From an uncultured Gemmatimonadaceae bacterium (lineage in GTDB: Bacteria > Gemmatimonadota > Gemmatimonadetes > Longimicrobiales > RSA9): 64,000 nt of DNA. The translations under genes were made by a program, and so were the position numbers. Positions 19,518 through 28,496 of the stretch are shown piece after piece. The notes below the pieces were generated by a model. That model was not told the origin of the DNA. It did not search any database and saw only the letters and a program-made list of their open reading frames with translations. The stretch's first letter is position 1; every line of letters starts with the position of its first letter. The DNA is taken from positions 7,932-71,931 of the forward strand of contig CAZSBL010000002.1 in the NCBI GenBank assembly GCA_964605205.1, given 5' to 3'.

Positions 19518-21113
19518 ATGGCGACACGAACGAAGCTCCCCGTAGGGATCGAGGGGTTCACCAACGAGCCGTACTACGATTGGAGCGACCCCGAGAACGT
19601 CGAGCGGATGGAGAAGGCCATCGAGAAGGTCCGCTCCGAGCTCGGGCAGACGTATCCGCTGATCGTGGACGGGGAAGAGATCCACGAGGGCGAGACCAAG
19701 GACTCGGTGAACCCGGCGGACCCGAGCCAGGTGATCGGGACCTTCGTCCAGGCCGACCGGCAGCTGGGCGATGAGGCCGTGGAGAAGGCCCACGAGTTCT
19801 TCGAGAACGAGTGGAAGTCCACGCCCGCGGAGGAGCGGGCCGAGATCTTCTTCCGGGCCGCCGACATCATGCGGGAGCGGAAGGCCGAGCTGGCCGCGTG
19901 GATGGTGTTCGAGGTCTCGAAGAGCTGGACCGAGGCCGTGGCCGACCTGGCCGAGCTCATCGACTTCAACGAGTACTACGCCCGCAAGATGCTCGAGCTG
20001 GCCGGGCCGCAGGAAGTGGTGGAGTACCCCGGTGAGGAGAACGAGCTGCGCTACATCCCGCTGGGCGTCTCCGTCGTGATCCCGCCGTGGAACTTCCCGG
20101 CCGCCATCATGGGTGGGATGACCGCCGCCGCGCTGGTGGCGGGGAATACCGTGGTGCTGAAGCCGGCGTCCACGGCCCCGGCCATCGCCGCCCAGTACGT
20201 CAAGATCCTGCACGAGGCCGGGCTGCCGAAGAAAGCGCTCGCCTTCCTGCCGGGCCCCGGGAGCCAGATCGGCGACGCGCTGGTGGACCACCCGCTGACG
20301 CGGATGATCGCGTTCACCGGCTCCAAGGAGGTCGGGCTCCGGATCTTCGAGCGGGCCTCCAAGGTCCACGACGGCCAGATCTGGCTGAAGCGGACGATCC
20401 TGGAGATGGGCGGCAAGGACGCCCAGGTGGTCGATGAGACCGCCGACCTGGACGCGGCCGCCGACGCCATCGTGGCCGGCGCCTTCGGGTTCCAGGGCCA
20501 GAAGTGCTCGGCGTGCTCCCGGGCCATCGTGGTCGAGGACGTCTACGACGAGGTCCTCGAGAAGGCGGTCGAGAAGGCGAAGGACATCACCATGGGTGAT
20601 ACCACGGACAGGGACACGTTCATGGGCGCCGTCATCGACTCGGCCGCCCGCAAGAGCATCACGGAGTACATCCAGATCGGGAAGAACGAGGGCCGCCTGA
20701 TGCTCGGCGGCGAGGTCGATGAGAGCGCCGACGGGTACTTCATCCCGCCCACGATCATCGCGGACGTGGATCCGGACGCCACCATCGCGCAGGAAGAGAT
20801 CTTCGGCCCGGTCCTGGCCTTCATCAAGGCGAAGGACTTCGACCACGCGCTGGAGATCGCCAACGGTACCGAGTACGGGCTGACGGGTGGCGTGTTCAGC
20901 TCCTCGCGGGAGCGGCTGGATCGGGCGAAGGAAGAGTTCCACGTCGGGAACCTCTACTTCAACCGCAAGATCACGGGCGCGCTCGTGGGCGTGCAGCCGT
21001 TCGGCGGTTTCAACATGAGTGGCACCGACTCGAAGGCCGGCGGCCCGGACTACCTGCTCCTGTTCACGCAGGCCAAGGCCATCGCCGAGCGCCAGCGCGA
21101 TGACGTGAAGTAG
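19518..21113 (+). CDS. pruA: L-glutamate gamma-semialdehyde (1-pyrroline-5-carboxylate) dehydrogenase
   Basis: The N-terminus FTNEPYYDWSDPEN matches the PruA type. Aldehyde dehydrogenase motifs LEMGGKDA and FGFQGQKCSACSR (catalytic Cys) are present. Confidence 0.9.
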   Translation: MATRTKLPVGIEGFTNEPYYDWSDPENVERMEKAIEKVRSELGQTYPLIVDGEEIHEGETKDSVNPADPSQVIGTFVQADRQLGDEAVEKAHEFFENEWKSTPAEERAEIFFRAADIMRERKAELAAWMVFEVSKSWTEAVADLAELIDFNEYYARKMLELAGPQEVVEYPGEENELRYIPLGVSVVIPPWNFPAAIMGGMTAAALVAGNTVVLKPASTAPAIAAQYVKILHEAGLPKKALAFLPGPGSQIGDALVDHPLTRMIAFTGSKEVGLRIFERASKVHDGQIWLKRTILEMGGKDAQVVDETADLDAAADAIVAGAFGFQGQKCSACSRAIVVEDVYDEVLEKAVEKAKDITMGDTTDRDTFMGAVIDSAARKSITEYIQIGKNEGRLMLGGEVDESADGYFIPPTIIADVDPDATIAQEEIFGPVLAFIKAKDFDHALEIANGTEYGLTGGVFSSSRERLDRAKEEFHVGNLYFNRKITGALVGVQPFGGFNMSGTDSKAGGPDYLLLFTQAKAIAERQRDDVK

Positions 21114-21126
21114 TCGTGCCTCCGGG

Positions 21127-21446
21127 CGCCCGGTCAACCGCGGAGGCGCGAAGGCGCGGAGCGTACGCGGATTTTTTTCTTCTTTTTCCGGTAAGGCAGC
21201 GCGGCCGGCAGAGCAGCGGGGTGCCGGCGAGGCTGCCTTCCCGGGCGAACGTCCCCGACAGCTCATGTGGGTGAACCCGAACCCGGCCTCCGTGATGCCA
21301 ACGCAGAGCTCGCGTCTTCCGCTACCCAGCCTGCCCTGCCCGGATCAAACTCAAAAGAAGTTCTCCGCGCGTGCTCCGCGCCTCCGCGGTTCCGCGGTTA
21401 CCGATGCCTCCGGACCCAGGACTCACTCGAAATGTCGAAGAGCCTC
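21127..21446 (+). repeat. MITE-like inverted-repeat element, copy 1
   Basis: By eye it aligns along its whole length with 30997-31323, with roughly three quarters of positions identical (no formal count). The internal arms are inverted: aaccgcggaggcgcgaaggcgcggagc on the left and gctccgcgcctccgcggtt on the right. The element is non-coding. Spurious track ORFs here translate to PRLRGSAVT. Confidence 0.75.
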
Positions 21447-21528
21447 GCCGGAACTTTCGAGGTCCGGCGGGTAGTTACAGGCTGTGGCTCCTTCGGGAGC
21501 AGCGAAGAACGGGGATGGGAGCCGTCTC

Positions 21529-21759
21529 ATGGAGACGCGGGAACAGATCCTGGAGGTGCTGGAGTCGATCCGGCCGGCGCTCCGCAGCGACGGGGGCGAT
21601 GTCGAGTACATCGACTTCGACGCCGACGCGGGCGTGCTTCAGCTTCGCTTCCTCGGGGCCTGCGGCGAGTGTCCGATCTCCGACGTCACACTGCGTCAGG
21701 GGATCGAGAAGCGGATCCTCACCGCAGTGCCCGAAGTGCGCGAGGTCCGCGCTTTTTGA
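21529..21759 (+). CDS. NifU C-terminal (Nfu-type) Fe-S scaffold domain protein
   Basis: The sequence METREQILEVLESIRPALRSDGGDVEYIDFD...LRFLGACGECPISDVTL contains the CxxC Nfu motif. I re-called the start from the track ORF 21484. Confidence 0.8.
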   Translation: METREQILEVLESIRPALRSDGGDVEYIDFDADAGVLQLRFLGACGECPISDVTLRQGIEKRILTAVPEVREVRAF

Positions 21760-21789
21760 GCCGGCCCCGTGTCCCGATCGATCGAGACT

Positions 21790-21828
21790 CGGCTGGTGGC
21801 CCCACGGGGTCGCCAGCCGGTCTTTTTC
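21790..21828 (+). terminator. Candidate intrinsic terminator between the nfu-like and mrp genes
   Basis: A 14-bp stem pairs cggctggtggcccc with ggggtcgccagccg (two G-U or mismatch positions). It is followed by gtctttttc. Confidence 0.55.
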
Positions 21829-21851
21829 AACCTCGCACCCAACGGACAGAC

Positions 21852-22967
21852 ATGACGGATACACACGACCTCGAAACCCGGGTCCGGGCGGCGCTCGACA
21901 GCGTGGTCAACCCTTCCACCAGCCAGAGCGTCCTGACCGGCCAGATCCAGGAGCTGACCGTCGAAGACGGCGTGGTCTCCTTCGGCTTCGCCCTGGGCCC
22001 CGAAGATCCCGGCACCCTGGTCCGCGACACCCGCTCCGCCGTGGAGGCGGTGAAGGGTGTGGACAAGGTGAAGATCGATGTCCGCCTGCCCCAGACCATG
22101 CAGTCGCAAGGACAGCAGGGCGGTCCCGAGCGGCAGCCGGCGCCGGACTCGGTGCCGGCACCGGAGCCCCAGTCGGGGCTGCTGCCGAACGTGGAGCACT
22201 TCATCGCCGTGAGCTCCGGGAAGGGCGGCGTCGGGAAGTCCACCGTGGCGGCGAACCTGGCGGTCTCGCTGGCCCAGCAGGGGAAGACGGTGGGGCTCCT
22301 GGATGCCGACATCTACGGGCCCAACATCCCGCAGATGTTCGGCGAGACCCGGCGTCCGAAGGTCTCGGGCCCGAAGGGGCAGGAGCGGATCGTGCCGTTG
22401 GAGGCCCACGGCGTGAAGCTCATGAGCCTCGGCTTCCTCCTCGAGGAGGAGCAGCCCGCCATCATGCGGGGGCCGCTGGTCACGGGCGTCCTCAAGCAGT
22501 TCCTCGAGCAGGTCGAGTGGGACTTCCTCGACGTGCTGGTCATCGACCTGCCGCCGGGCACCGGTGACGCCCAGCTGTCCCTCGTCCAGACCATCGACCT
22601 CGACGGCGCCGTCATGGTCACCACGCCCCAGTCGGTCTCCGTGGGCGATGTCCGCCGGGGCGTCCGCATGTTCGAGCGCGTCAACACCGAGGTGCTGGGC
22701 ATCATCGAGAACATGAGCGGGTTCGTCTGCCCGAGCTGCGGCGAGCGCCACGACATCTTCGGCACCGGCGGTGGCCGCCAGCTGGCGGAGGCCATGGAGC
22801 TGCCGTTCCTCGGTGAGGTGCCGCTGGACTCCGCCGTGCGTACGGCCGGCGACGAGGGGCAGCCCACCGCGCTGTCGGCGCCGGACTCGCCGGCGGGGCA
22901 GGCCTTTAACACCATCGCCGGGAAGATCCTGGCCGCCGTCGAGCAGGGTGAGACCGCCCAGGTCTGA
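21852..22967 (+). CDS. Mrp/ApbC/NBP35-family Fe-S cluster carrier ATPase
   Basis: I re-called the start at MTDTHDLETRV. An N-terminal DUF59-like domain is followed by the deviant Walker A IAVSSGKGGVGKSTVAANLA and the CPSCGERHDIFG CxxC motif. The track ORF 21267.. reads through the repeat and is over-extended. Confidence 0.9.
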   Translation: MTDTHDLETRVRAALDSVVNPSTSQSVLTGQIQELTVEDGVVSFGFALGPEDPGTLVRDTRSAVEAVKGVDKVKIDVRLPQTMQSQGQQGGPERQPAPDSVPAPEPQSGLLPNVEHFIAVSSGKGGVGKSTVAANLAVSLAQQGKTVGLLDADIYGPNIPQMFGETRRPKVSGPKGQERIVPLEAHGVKLMSLGFLLEEEQPAIMRGPLVTGVLKQFLEQVEWDFLDVLVIDLPPGTGDAQLSLVQTIDLDGAVMVTTPQSVSVGDVRRGVRMFERVNTEVLGIIENMSGFVCPSCGERHDIFGTGGGRQLAEAMELPFLGEVPLDSAVRTAGDEGQPTALSAPDSPAGQAFNTIAGKILAAVEQGETAQV

Positions 22968-22980
22968 GCCCGAGCGAGCC

Positions 22981-23751
22981 GTGAGACGCGTCACCCTGCT
23001 CACCGACTTCGGAACCGCCGATGGGTACGCGGCGGCCATGGCCGGGGTGGTGGCGGCGACCGCGCCCGACGCCGTGGTCGAGCATGCGTCCCATGCCATC
23101 GACCAGGGCGATGTGTTCGGCGCCGCCCTGGCCCTCTCCCGCTACGCCGGCTTCTACCCGGAAGGCACCGTCCATGTGGTTGTGGTGGATCCGGGTGTCG
23201 GGACGGCGCGGCGCGCCATCGCCGCCCGGATCGATGGCCGCTATTTCGTCGCCCCGGACAACGGGGCTCTCAGCCTCGTCCTGCAGGGCGCCGGGGAGGC
23301 GGCTCTCGTCGAGATCACCGACCCGGGGATCGTCGAAGGTGCCTCGGCCACGTTCCACGGCCGCGACATCTTCGCGCCGGCGGCCGGCCACCTGGTCCGG
23401 GGCGGTGCCTTGAAGAAGCTCGGCCCGGAGGTCCACGACCCACACCTCCTTCCCATGCCCCAACCGCGCCAGACCGGGACCGGTGTGGAGGGCGAAGTGC
23501 TGGAGGTCGACCGGTTCGGCAACCTCATTACGAACATTCCCGCTGATTGGGTCCCATCCGGCGCGGAGGTGGGCGTGGCCGGGACGGCTGTGGGGCCCGT
23601 CCGCCGCACCTACGGCGACGTGGAGTCTGGCGAAGTGCTGGGGCTCATCGGGTCGGTGGAGCTGCTCGAGGTCTCGGTTCGGGACGGCCGCGCCGCGGAC
23701 CGACTCGAGGTCGGTCGCGGCGCGAAGGTGGTGGTGACCCGGAAGGCGTAG
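22981..23751 (+). CDS. SAM hydroxide adenosyltransferase family protein (DUF62 / SAM hydrolase-halogenase fold)
   Basis: The sequence VTLLTDFGTADGYAAAMAGV...VHVVVVDPGVGTARR...YFVAPDNGALSL...FHGRDIFAPAAGHL matches the family core. The start is GTG. Confidence 0.8.
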   Translation: MRRVTLLTDFGTADGYAAAMAGVVAATAPDAVVEHASHAIDQGDVFGAALALSRYAGFYPEGTVHVVVVDPGVGTARRAIAARIDGRYFVAPDNGALSLVLQGAGEAALVEITDPGIVEGASATFHGRDIFAPAAGHLVRGGALKKLGPEVHDPHLLPMPQPRQTGTGVEGEVLEVDRFGNLITNIPADWVPSGAEVGVAGTAVGPVRRTYGDVESGEVLGLIGSVELLEVSVRDGRAADRLEVGRGAKVVVTRKA

Positions 23752-23803
23752 GTCGCCGTTCCCCGGAATTTATGAGCCTGCGGGGAGCTTGCGGCCCCGG
23801 CGT

Positions 23804-24030
23804 TCAGCTCTCGAGCCAGTCTCGTTCGGCCTTGGACAGCCGCTGGCTCTTCGGGGCCAGCAGGCGGGTGACCACGTAGCCCACGAGCAGGATCGGCCCC
23901 ACTGTGAGGAGCAGGAACTTGGCCAGGCCAAGCGCCAGGCCGAAGACCGTGCCCAGGACCGCCAGCGCAATGGACGCACCCACCACGACGATCAGGCCGA
24001 CGATCAGATAGGTCAGTATGGTCGAGATCA
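23804..24030 (-). CDS. Small membrane protein (75 aa), last gene of the ECF operon
   Basis: A strong RBS, gcaggaggacacc, precedes the ATG. Two TM helices are predicted. The 175-aa ORF in the track is over-extended. Confidence 0.55.
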
Positions 24031-24072
24031 TGGTGTCCTCCTGCCTCGTTGCGGGGCGGCGCCCGTCGCTCC

Positions 24073-24924
24073 CTACGGCGTGATGGCGGGGGTGGGCGGC
24101 GCCCACCGGATCTTCACCGAGCCGAACGCCCCTTCGAGCTGCACGGTGAGTCGACGCTCTGCCGTATCCCAGCTGTCGGAGTAGTACGTATCGCCTCGCT
24201 TGTAGAACCGGCTCCGGTCGAAGCCGGTCAGGAACGTGTCCTTGTCGACGCGCACGCCCACGTTCTCCGGGATGATCAATGTGACGGACCCGAGCGCCAT
24301 GGTGATGTCGGCCTCCATGTCCCGGCGCCACTCCCCCTGGAAATCGAGGGTCAGGTCGCCGACGCCGCCCTCGGTGGTGATCCGCTCGCAGCCCGCGTGA
24401 CCCAGTCCCCGTACGGCGAAGGCGGCTGCGCCCATGGTGAGGTCGAGCCGGTCACACGCCGTGGCGTTCGGTCGGTCGAACCGGATCTCCGTTTCGCTGG
24501 CGCCGGTCTCCACGTCCAGGCTGGCCACCTGCAGCCCGCCCAGGTCGAGATCGGCCTGCACCGCGCCGAAGTCCATGTCCAGCTCCAGGAGCACGTCGGG
24601 CGAGAGCTGAAGGCGGAGCTCGCCGGCCTCGGTGTTCCGGATCCGCATCCGGCCGTCGCGGCCCTCCACGCCCACCTCGAGGTCACCCGGCTCGTAGTCG
24701 ATCACGGGGTCGAACATGTGCGAGTCGTAGCGCAGGCTCACCCGGTACAGCTCGCCGGCATTGCCGGGCACGACCACGAGCTCGCCCGCGCCGTACCGCA
24801 CCCGCACGTCCATGCGACTCTCGTCGGTGCGCTGGCGGAACGAGGTCATCTCCCGCCAGTCCTGGGCGTGGCCCGCCACGGGGACCAGCGCCAGGATCAG
24901 GCCGGCCACGAGCGTGCTACGCAT
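24073..24924 (-). CDS. Secreted toast-rack (DUF4097/DUF2154, LiaG/LiaF-C-like) domain protein
   Basis: The signal peptide is MRSTLVAGLILALVPVAGHA. Repeated short beta-strand units (VETGASETEIRF, LTMGAAAFAVRGL, EGGVGDLTLDF, MALGSVTLIIP, EGAFGSVKIRW) are typical of the toast-rack fold. Confidence 0.65.
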   Translation of the reverse strand: MRSTLVAGLILALVPVAGHAQDWREMTSFRQRTDESRMDVRVRYGAGELVVVPGNAGELYRVSLRYDSHMFDPVIDYEPGDLEVGVEGRDGRMRIRNTEAGELRLQLSPDVLLELDMDFGAVQADLDLGGLQVASLDVETGASETEIRFDRPNATACDRLDLTMGAAAFAVRGLGHAGCERITTEGGVGDLTLDFQGEWRRDMEADITMALGSVTLIIPENVGVRVDKDTFLTGFDRSRFYKRGDTYYSDSWDTAERRLTVQLEGAFGSVKIRWAPPTPAITP

Positions 24925-26245
24925 CCGACGGCTCCTCCTCGGGGGTCAGCCCCTCGGGCCGCACCGGCCGGGTACCGCCCCGGGAGACCAGGAACGCGCC
25001 GAACCCGATGGTGAAGGCGGCCCAGGTGAGCATCACGGCCATGAACTTGAGCAGCCCTTCGAGGAACCCGAGCCACGGCCCGGCCATGCTCACGATGTGC
25101 GCGGCCAGGAAGAGTACCAGCAGGAGCCCGACCCCGGTGATCACGTAGTAGTAGGAGTTCGCCCGGTTGAACCAGTCACCACCCGTGAACCGGCGTTCGG
25201 CCAGCGCCTCACCGGCCCCGTGGGCCACGGCGAGATAGCCGCCCACCGCCGCCAGCACCACGGCCAGCGGGAAGAGTGGCGCGAAGACCAGGATCAACGG
25301 GATCCCCACGATGGAGACCGCCAGCGCCAGCAGCCCGAGGATGTAGGCGGGCAGGACCAGGAACGAGCCGGCCAGCCCCACGAGCCCCGAGCGGAGCGTG
25401 GCGTACCGGGCCGTGTCGGCCACGCCCTCCAGGTACCTGCGGCCGAAGAAGACGGCCAGGAAGCCCAGCCCCACCAGGATCGCGTAGCTCATCAGGGTGG
25501 AGAACACACCGCCGAGCCCGCGCGTGATGTGGCGCAGGGGTGAGCTCCACGCGTCCGTCCAGTCACCGCCGCGGGCCTCGCTCCGGATCTCCCGCCGGAT
25601 CTCATCGCGCAGGTCGCGCTCCAGCTCGGTCCGCAGCTCGCGGAGCGCTTCCAGCTGTGCCGTCCCCTCCAGCTCCTCCAGCGCCTCCAGCCGCTGGAGC
25701 CGGGAGGGGTCCTCGATGAGGTTCTCGAGCTCCCGGAGCCGCTCGTTCAGCCGCCGGATGCTGTCCGCCGCATCCGCCGACACCGGCGCCGCCGGGTCCT
25801 GGGGCGTGACCGCGGGCTGCTGCGGGGCCGCGGCCGCCGACAGGGCGGCCTCCAGCTCCCGGTCGAGCCGACCGCCGATCCCGCCGGCCTCCGCCGGCGG
25901 CTCCCAGTCCACCAGCAGGTCCGCCAGCGCGGGGGTGGGCGTGTCCATGGCTCGCTGCAGGAGGTCTCGCCACGCCTGGTCCAGCGCATCGCGCCGATCG
26001 TATCCGCCGATCCGCTCATCATTGAGCCGGACCACGCCGTTGGACGCGAGCACGAGAGAAAGCGTCTCACCGCTGCTCAGCTCCAGTGAGAGCTCGGCCG
26101 CGTCCTGCGACACGGAGATCTCGCTCGAGACGATCGAGGCGGTACCGGTCTGCGCCGGGGCGTCCTGGGCACCGAGCGGCGCGGCCAGGAGAGCGGCCCC
26201 GAGGAGGACCGGGATCAGCGAGCAGTTATAGGACATACGAGGCAT
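24917..26245 (-). CDS. Hypothetical envelope protein with a signal peptide, a long charged coiled-coil and a C-terminal polytopic membrane domain
   Basis: The coiled-coil reads RLNERLRELENLIEDPSRLQRLEALEELEGTAQLEALRELRTELERDLRDEIRREIR. It is followed by at least 5 hydrophobic helices. The gene overlaps both of its neighbours. Confidence 0.6.
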   Translation of the reverse strand: MPRMSYNCSLIPVLLGAALLAAPLGAQDAPAQTGTASIVSSEISVSQDAAELSLELSSGETLSLVLASNGVVRLNDERIGGYDRRDALDQAWRDLLQRAMDTPTPALADLLVDWEPPAEAGGIGGRLDRELEAALSAAAAPQQPAVTPQDPAAPVSADAADSIRRLNERLRELENLIEDPSRLQRLEALEELEGTAQLEALRELRTELERDLRDEIRREIRSEARGGDWTDAWSSPLRHITRGLGGVFSTLMSYAILVGLGFLAVFFGRRYLEGVADTARYATLRSGLVGLAGSFLVLPAYILGLLALAVSIVGIPLILVFAPLFPLAVVLAAVGGYLAVAHGAGEALAERRFTGGDWFNRANSYYYVITGVGLLLVLFLAAHIVSMAGPWLGFLEGLLKFMAVMLTWAAFTIGFGAFLVSRGGTRPVRPEGLTPEEEPSDA

Positions 26246-26885
26246 GTTCGATTCTCCGCTGTTGCTGCGTGCGGAACAGGTTCTGATAGAGGATGTAGAT
26301 CGAGCCCGCCGTCATCGTGGCGAACACCGCCGCGGCGAGACCGAGCTGGCCTCGCCCCACGGTGCCCAGGAGCTCGAACGCCTGCGCCGCCCAGACGGCC
26401 AGGGTCGATGTGGACAGCTGCGCCCACACCCACTGGGCGCCGCCGACCACCGCGTTCTCCGCCATCACGGCGCTCACGGTCACGAGCCCCTGGGCGCTCA
26501 CGCCGGGCTGGGCCAGGAGCCACGCCACGGCCACCGTGGCGCCGATCACCGGCAGCGCGAACACGGCCGCGGCCGCGGCCCACCCCTTGGTGGTCTGCGG
26601 CGCGACGCGGTCGATCCAGGCCGATGCGGCTTCCCATGCGGCCGCCCATGCGGGCTGCCGGACATGGACCTCGGCCATCACGCGGTCGGCGAAGCCGACA
26701 CCCGGCTCGAAGGCCGGAAGCCCGCTCAGTGCGGCGAAGAGGGCGCGCAGATCGGCCACCTCCGCCTCACACTCCGAGCAGTGCGCGAGGTGCGAGTCCA
26801 CAACGGCGTGCTCGGCGGTCGGGAGGCTCTCCTCCACGAACGCCTGCAGCCGTTCCGTGCTCGGGTGATTCAGTCTCTCACTCAC
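26226..26885 (-). CDS. Anti-sigma factor (zf-HC2 type) with a C-terminal membrane domain
   Basis: The motif HLAHCSECEAEVADLRALF is an HxxxCxxC zinc finger. The gene lies immediately downstream of the ECF sigma gene. Confidence 0.7.
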   Translation of the reverse strand: MSERLNHPSTERLQAFVEESLPTAEHAVVDSHLAHCSECEAEVADLRALFAALSGLPAFEPGVGFADRVMAEVHVRQPAWAAAWEAASAWIDRVAPQTTKGWAAAAAVFALPVIGATVAVAWLLAQPGVSAQGLVTVSAVMAENAVVGGAQWVWAQLSTSTLAVWAAQAFELLGTVGRGQLGLAAAVFATMTAGSIYILYQNLFRTQQQRRIEHASYVL

Positions 26886-26963
26886 GTCTCGCTACTCCTC
26901 TTTTCCGTTTCCGTTCTACCGTACGGGACGGCCCGCGGCAGAGTTTCAATCGTTGCGGGCCCG

Positions 26964-27554
26964 TCATCGGAGGTGCCCGAGCTTCTCACGCAGCTCCTTG
27001 CGACCCCTGTGGATATACGTCTTCACCGTGCCCAGGGGCAGGTCCATGATCTCGGCGATTTCGTCGTAGGGACGGCCCTCGACGTGCCACAGGAGGATGG
27101 CTTCGCGATATTCGGGCCGCAGCGTACCGATGGCGGTCTCGATCTCCGAGCCGATCTCCTGGCTCTCCGTGTAGTGCTCCGGGTCTTCAGCCGTGTCCAC
27201 CGCCGTGAACGACGTGGCCTCCGCCTGCTCCTGGGTGCGCGCGTGCGGCGAACCCTCCAGCGAGAGGGTGTCCGGCCGCTTCTTGCGCAGGTGATCCACC
27301 GTGGTGTTGTGGGCGATCTTGAAGATCCAGGAGCTGAATTTGTACGACGGATCGTACTTGTCGAGGGCGTTGAGGACCTTGATGAAGGTGTCCTGCGCCA
27401 GGTCTTCGGACAGTTCACGGTCTCGGACCATGCGGTAGATCACGCTGAAGACGGGCCGCTCATAACGGCGGATCAGCTCCCGGAACGCCGAGTCGCGACC
27501 CTCTCGGGCCTGCGCGATGACGTCCTTGTCGGAGAGCTCTTGGTAGTCCACCAT
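26964..27554 (-). CDS. ECF (sigma-70 family, group 4) RNA polymerase sigma factor
   Basis: I re-called the start at MVDYQELSDKDVIAQAREGRDSAFRELIRRYERPVFSVIYRMV. Region 2 (DLAQDTFIKVLNALDKYDP...FSSWIFKIAHNTTVDHLRK) and region 4 (YREAILLWHVEGRPYDEIAEIMDLPLGTVKTYIHRGRKELR) are present. The 658-aa ORF in the track is over-extended. Confidence 0.9.
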   Translation of the reverse strand: MVDYQELSDKDVIAQAREGRDSAFRELIRRYERPVFSVIYRMVRDRELSEDLAQDTFIKVLNALDKYDPSYKFSSWIFKIAHNTTVDHLRKKRPDTLSLEGSPHARTQEQAEATSFTAVDTAEDPEHYTESQEIGSEIETAIGTLRPEYREAILLWHVEGRPYDEIAEIMDLPLGTVKTYIHRGRKELREKLGHLR

Positions 27555-27592
27555 CTCCCGCGGGTGTGCGGCGTCGGGTGCCGGTTCGACCC

Positions 27593-27618
27593 TACGCGGC
27601 CGGTGCCCCTCGTGTTTC
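27593..27618 (-). promoter_or_regulatory. Candidate ECF-type autoregulatory promoter (GAAAC-N17-CGTA)
   Basis: Read on the minus strand, the sequence is cGAAAC acgaggggcaccggccg CGTA, ending about 39 nt upstream of the sigma start codon. It resembles the TGAAAC-N16-CGTA class of ECF promoters. This is a pattern match only. Confidence 0.3.
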
Positions 27619-27722
27619 GGGAGGGTTGTTGGAGCCACCGCGTGGCGGTAGCTTCGCCGGCCCCTGAGCAAACGTACAATGTAGGGTGGAGACGGGCCGT
27701 GCGCGAAGAGCGTAATGACAGT

Positions 27723-28433
27723 GTGCTGCCCCCGCCGGAGGAGAAGGCGGGGTCCGTTCGCCGGATGTTCGGCGAGATCGCGCACCGGTACGACCTGCTG
27801 AACCACCTGCTCACGTTGAACATCGACCGGCGCTGGCGCCGCCGGGCGGTGACCCGCCTCCTGGCGGACCGCCCGCTCGATGGCGTCTATCTGGATGCGT
27901 GCGCCGGCACCATGGACCTGGCCCGGGAAGTGGCGGAGCGGCCGGAGTTCGACGGCCTCGTGGTGGCCTCGGACTTCGCGCGGCCAATGCTGGAAGCGGG
28001 CCGCCACAAGGTCCGGGGGCTGCCCGTGGCCGAGACGTGCGGCGACGCGCTCCGGCTCCCGCACCCCGACGCCACCTTCCACGGCGCCATCGTGGGGTTT
28101 GGCGTCCGCAACTTCGCCGACCTCGACGCCGGGATCCGGGAACTCACCCGGGTGCTCCGGCCCGGAGGCCGGCTGGTGATCCTGGAGCTGAGCACGCCGG
28201 CGTGGGCGCCGCTCCGCCAGCTCTACAACCTGTATTTTACCCGGATCCTGCCGTGGATCGGCCGCCGGGTCTCGGGGCACGGTACGGCGTACAGCTATCT
28301 GCCGGCGTCGGTGGGGGCGTTCCCGCCGCCCGGCGAGCTGGCCGACCGGATGACGGCAGCGGGGCTCTCGGAGGTGGGCTACCGGCGGCTCATGGCCGGG
28401 ATCGCGGCGATCCACGTGGGGACCCGCCGGTAG
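27723..28433 (+). CDS. ubiE: Demethylmenaquinone/ubiquinone C-methyltransferase (UbiE/MenG)
   Basis: The sequence VRRMFGEIAHRYDLLNHLLTLNIDRRWRR...LDACAGTMDL...FGVRNFADLDAGIRELTRVLRPGGRLVILE...YSYLPASV matches the family. GTG 27723 is chosen as the start. The 729-aa ORF in the track is over-extended. Confidence 0.85.
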   Translation: MLPPPEEKAGSVRRMFGEIAHRYDLLNHLLTLNIDRRWRRRAVTRLLADRPLDGVYLDACAGTMDLAREVAERPEFDGLVVASDFARPMLEAGRHKVRGLPVAETCGDALRLPHPDATFHGAIVGFGVRNFADLDAGIRELTRVLRPGGRLVILELSTPAWAPLRQLYNLYFTRILPWIGRRVSGHGTAYSYLPASVGAFPPPGELADRMTAAGLSEVGYRRLMAGIAAIHVGTRR

Positions 28434-28496
28434 CGGCACCGCCCGGGACCCGTCCATTTTCGGACCGGACCGCATATCACCAAGGGAGGCGAGGCA

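Noticed and set aside
21267-22967. A 566-aa version of the Mrp ORF, and similar 5'-extended track ORFs (26244-28433, 26964-28940, 38384-40354, 41873-43864, 57819-59645, 22771-23751, 4410-6218).
   Set aside because: The N-terminal extensions read through intergenic, repeat or antisense sequence and are low-complexity. Conserved family N-termini with RBS or stop-start overlaps define the shorter starts that I report.
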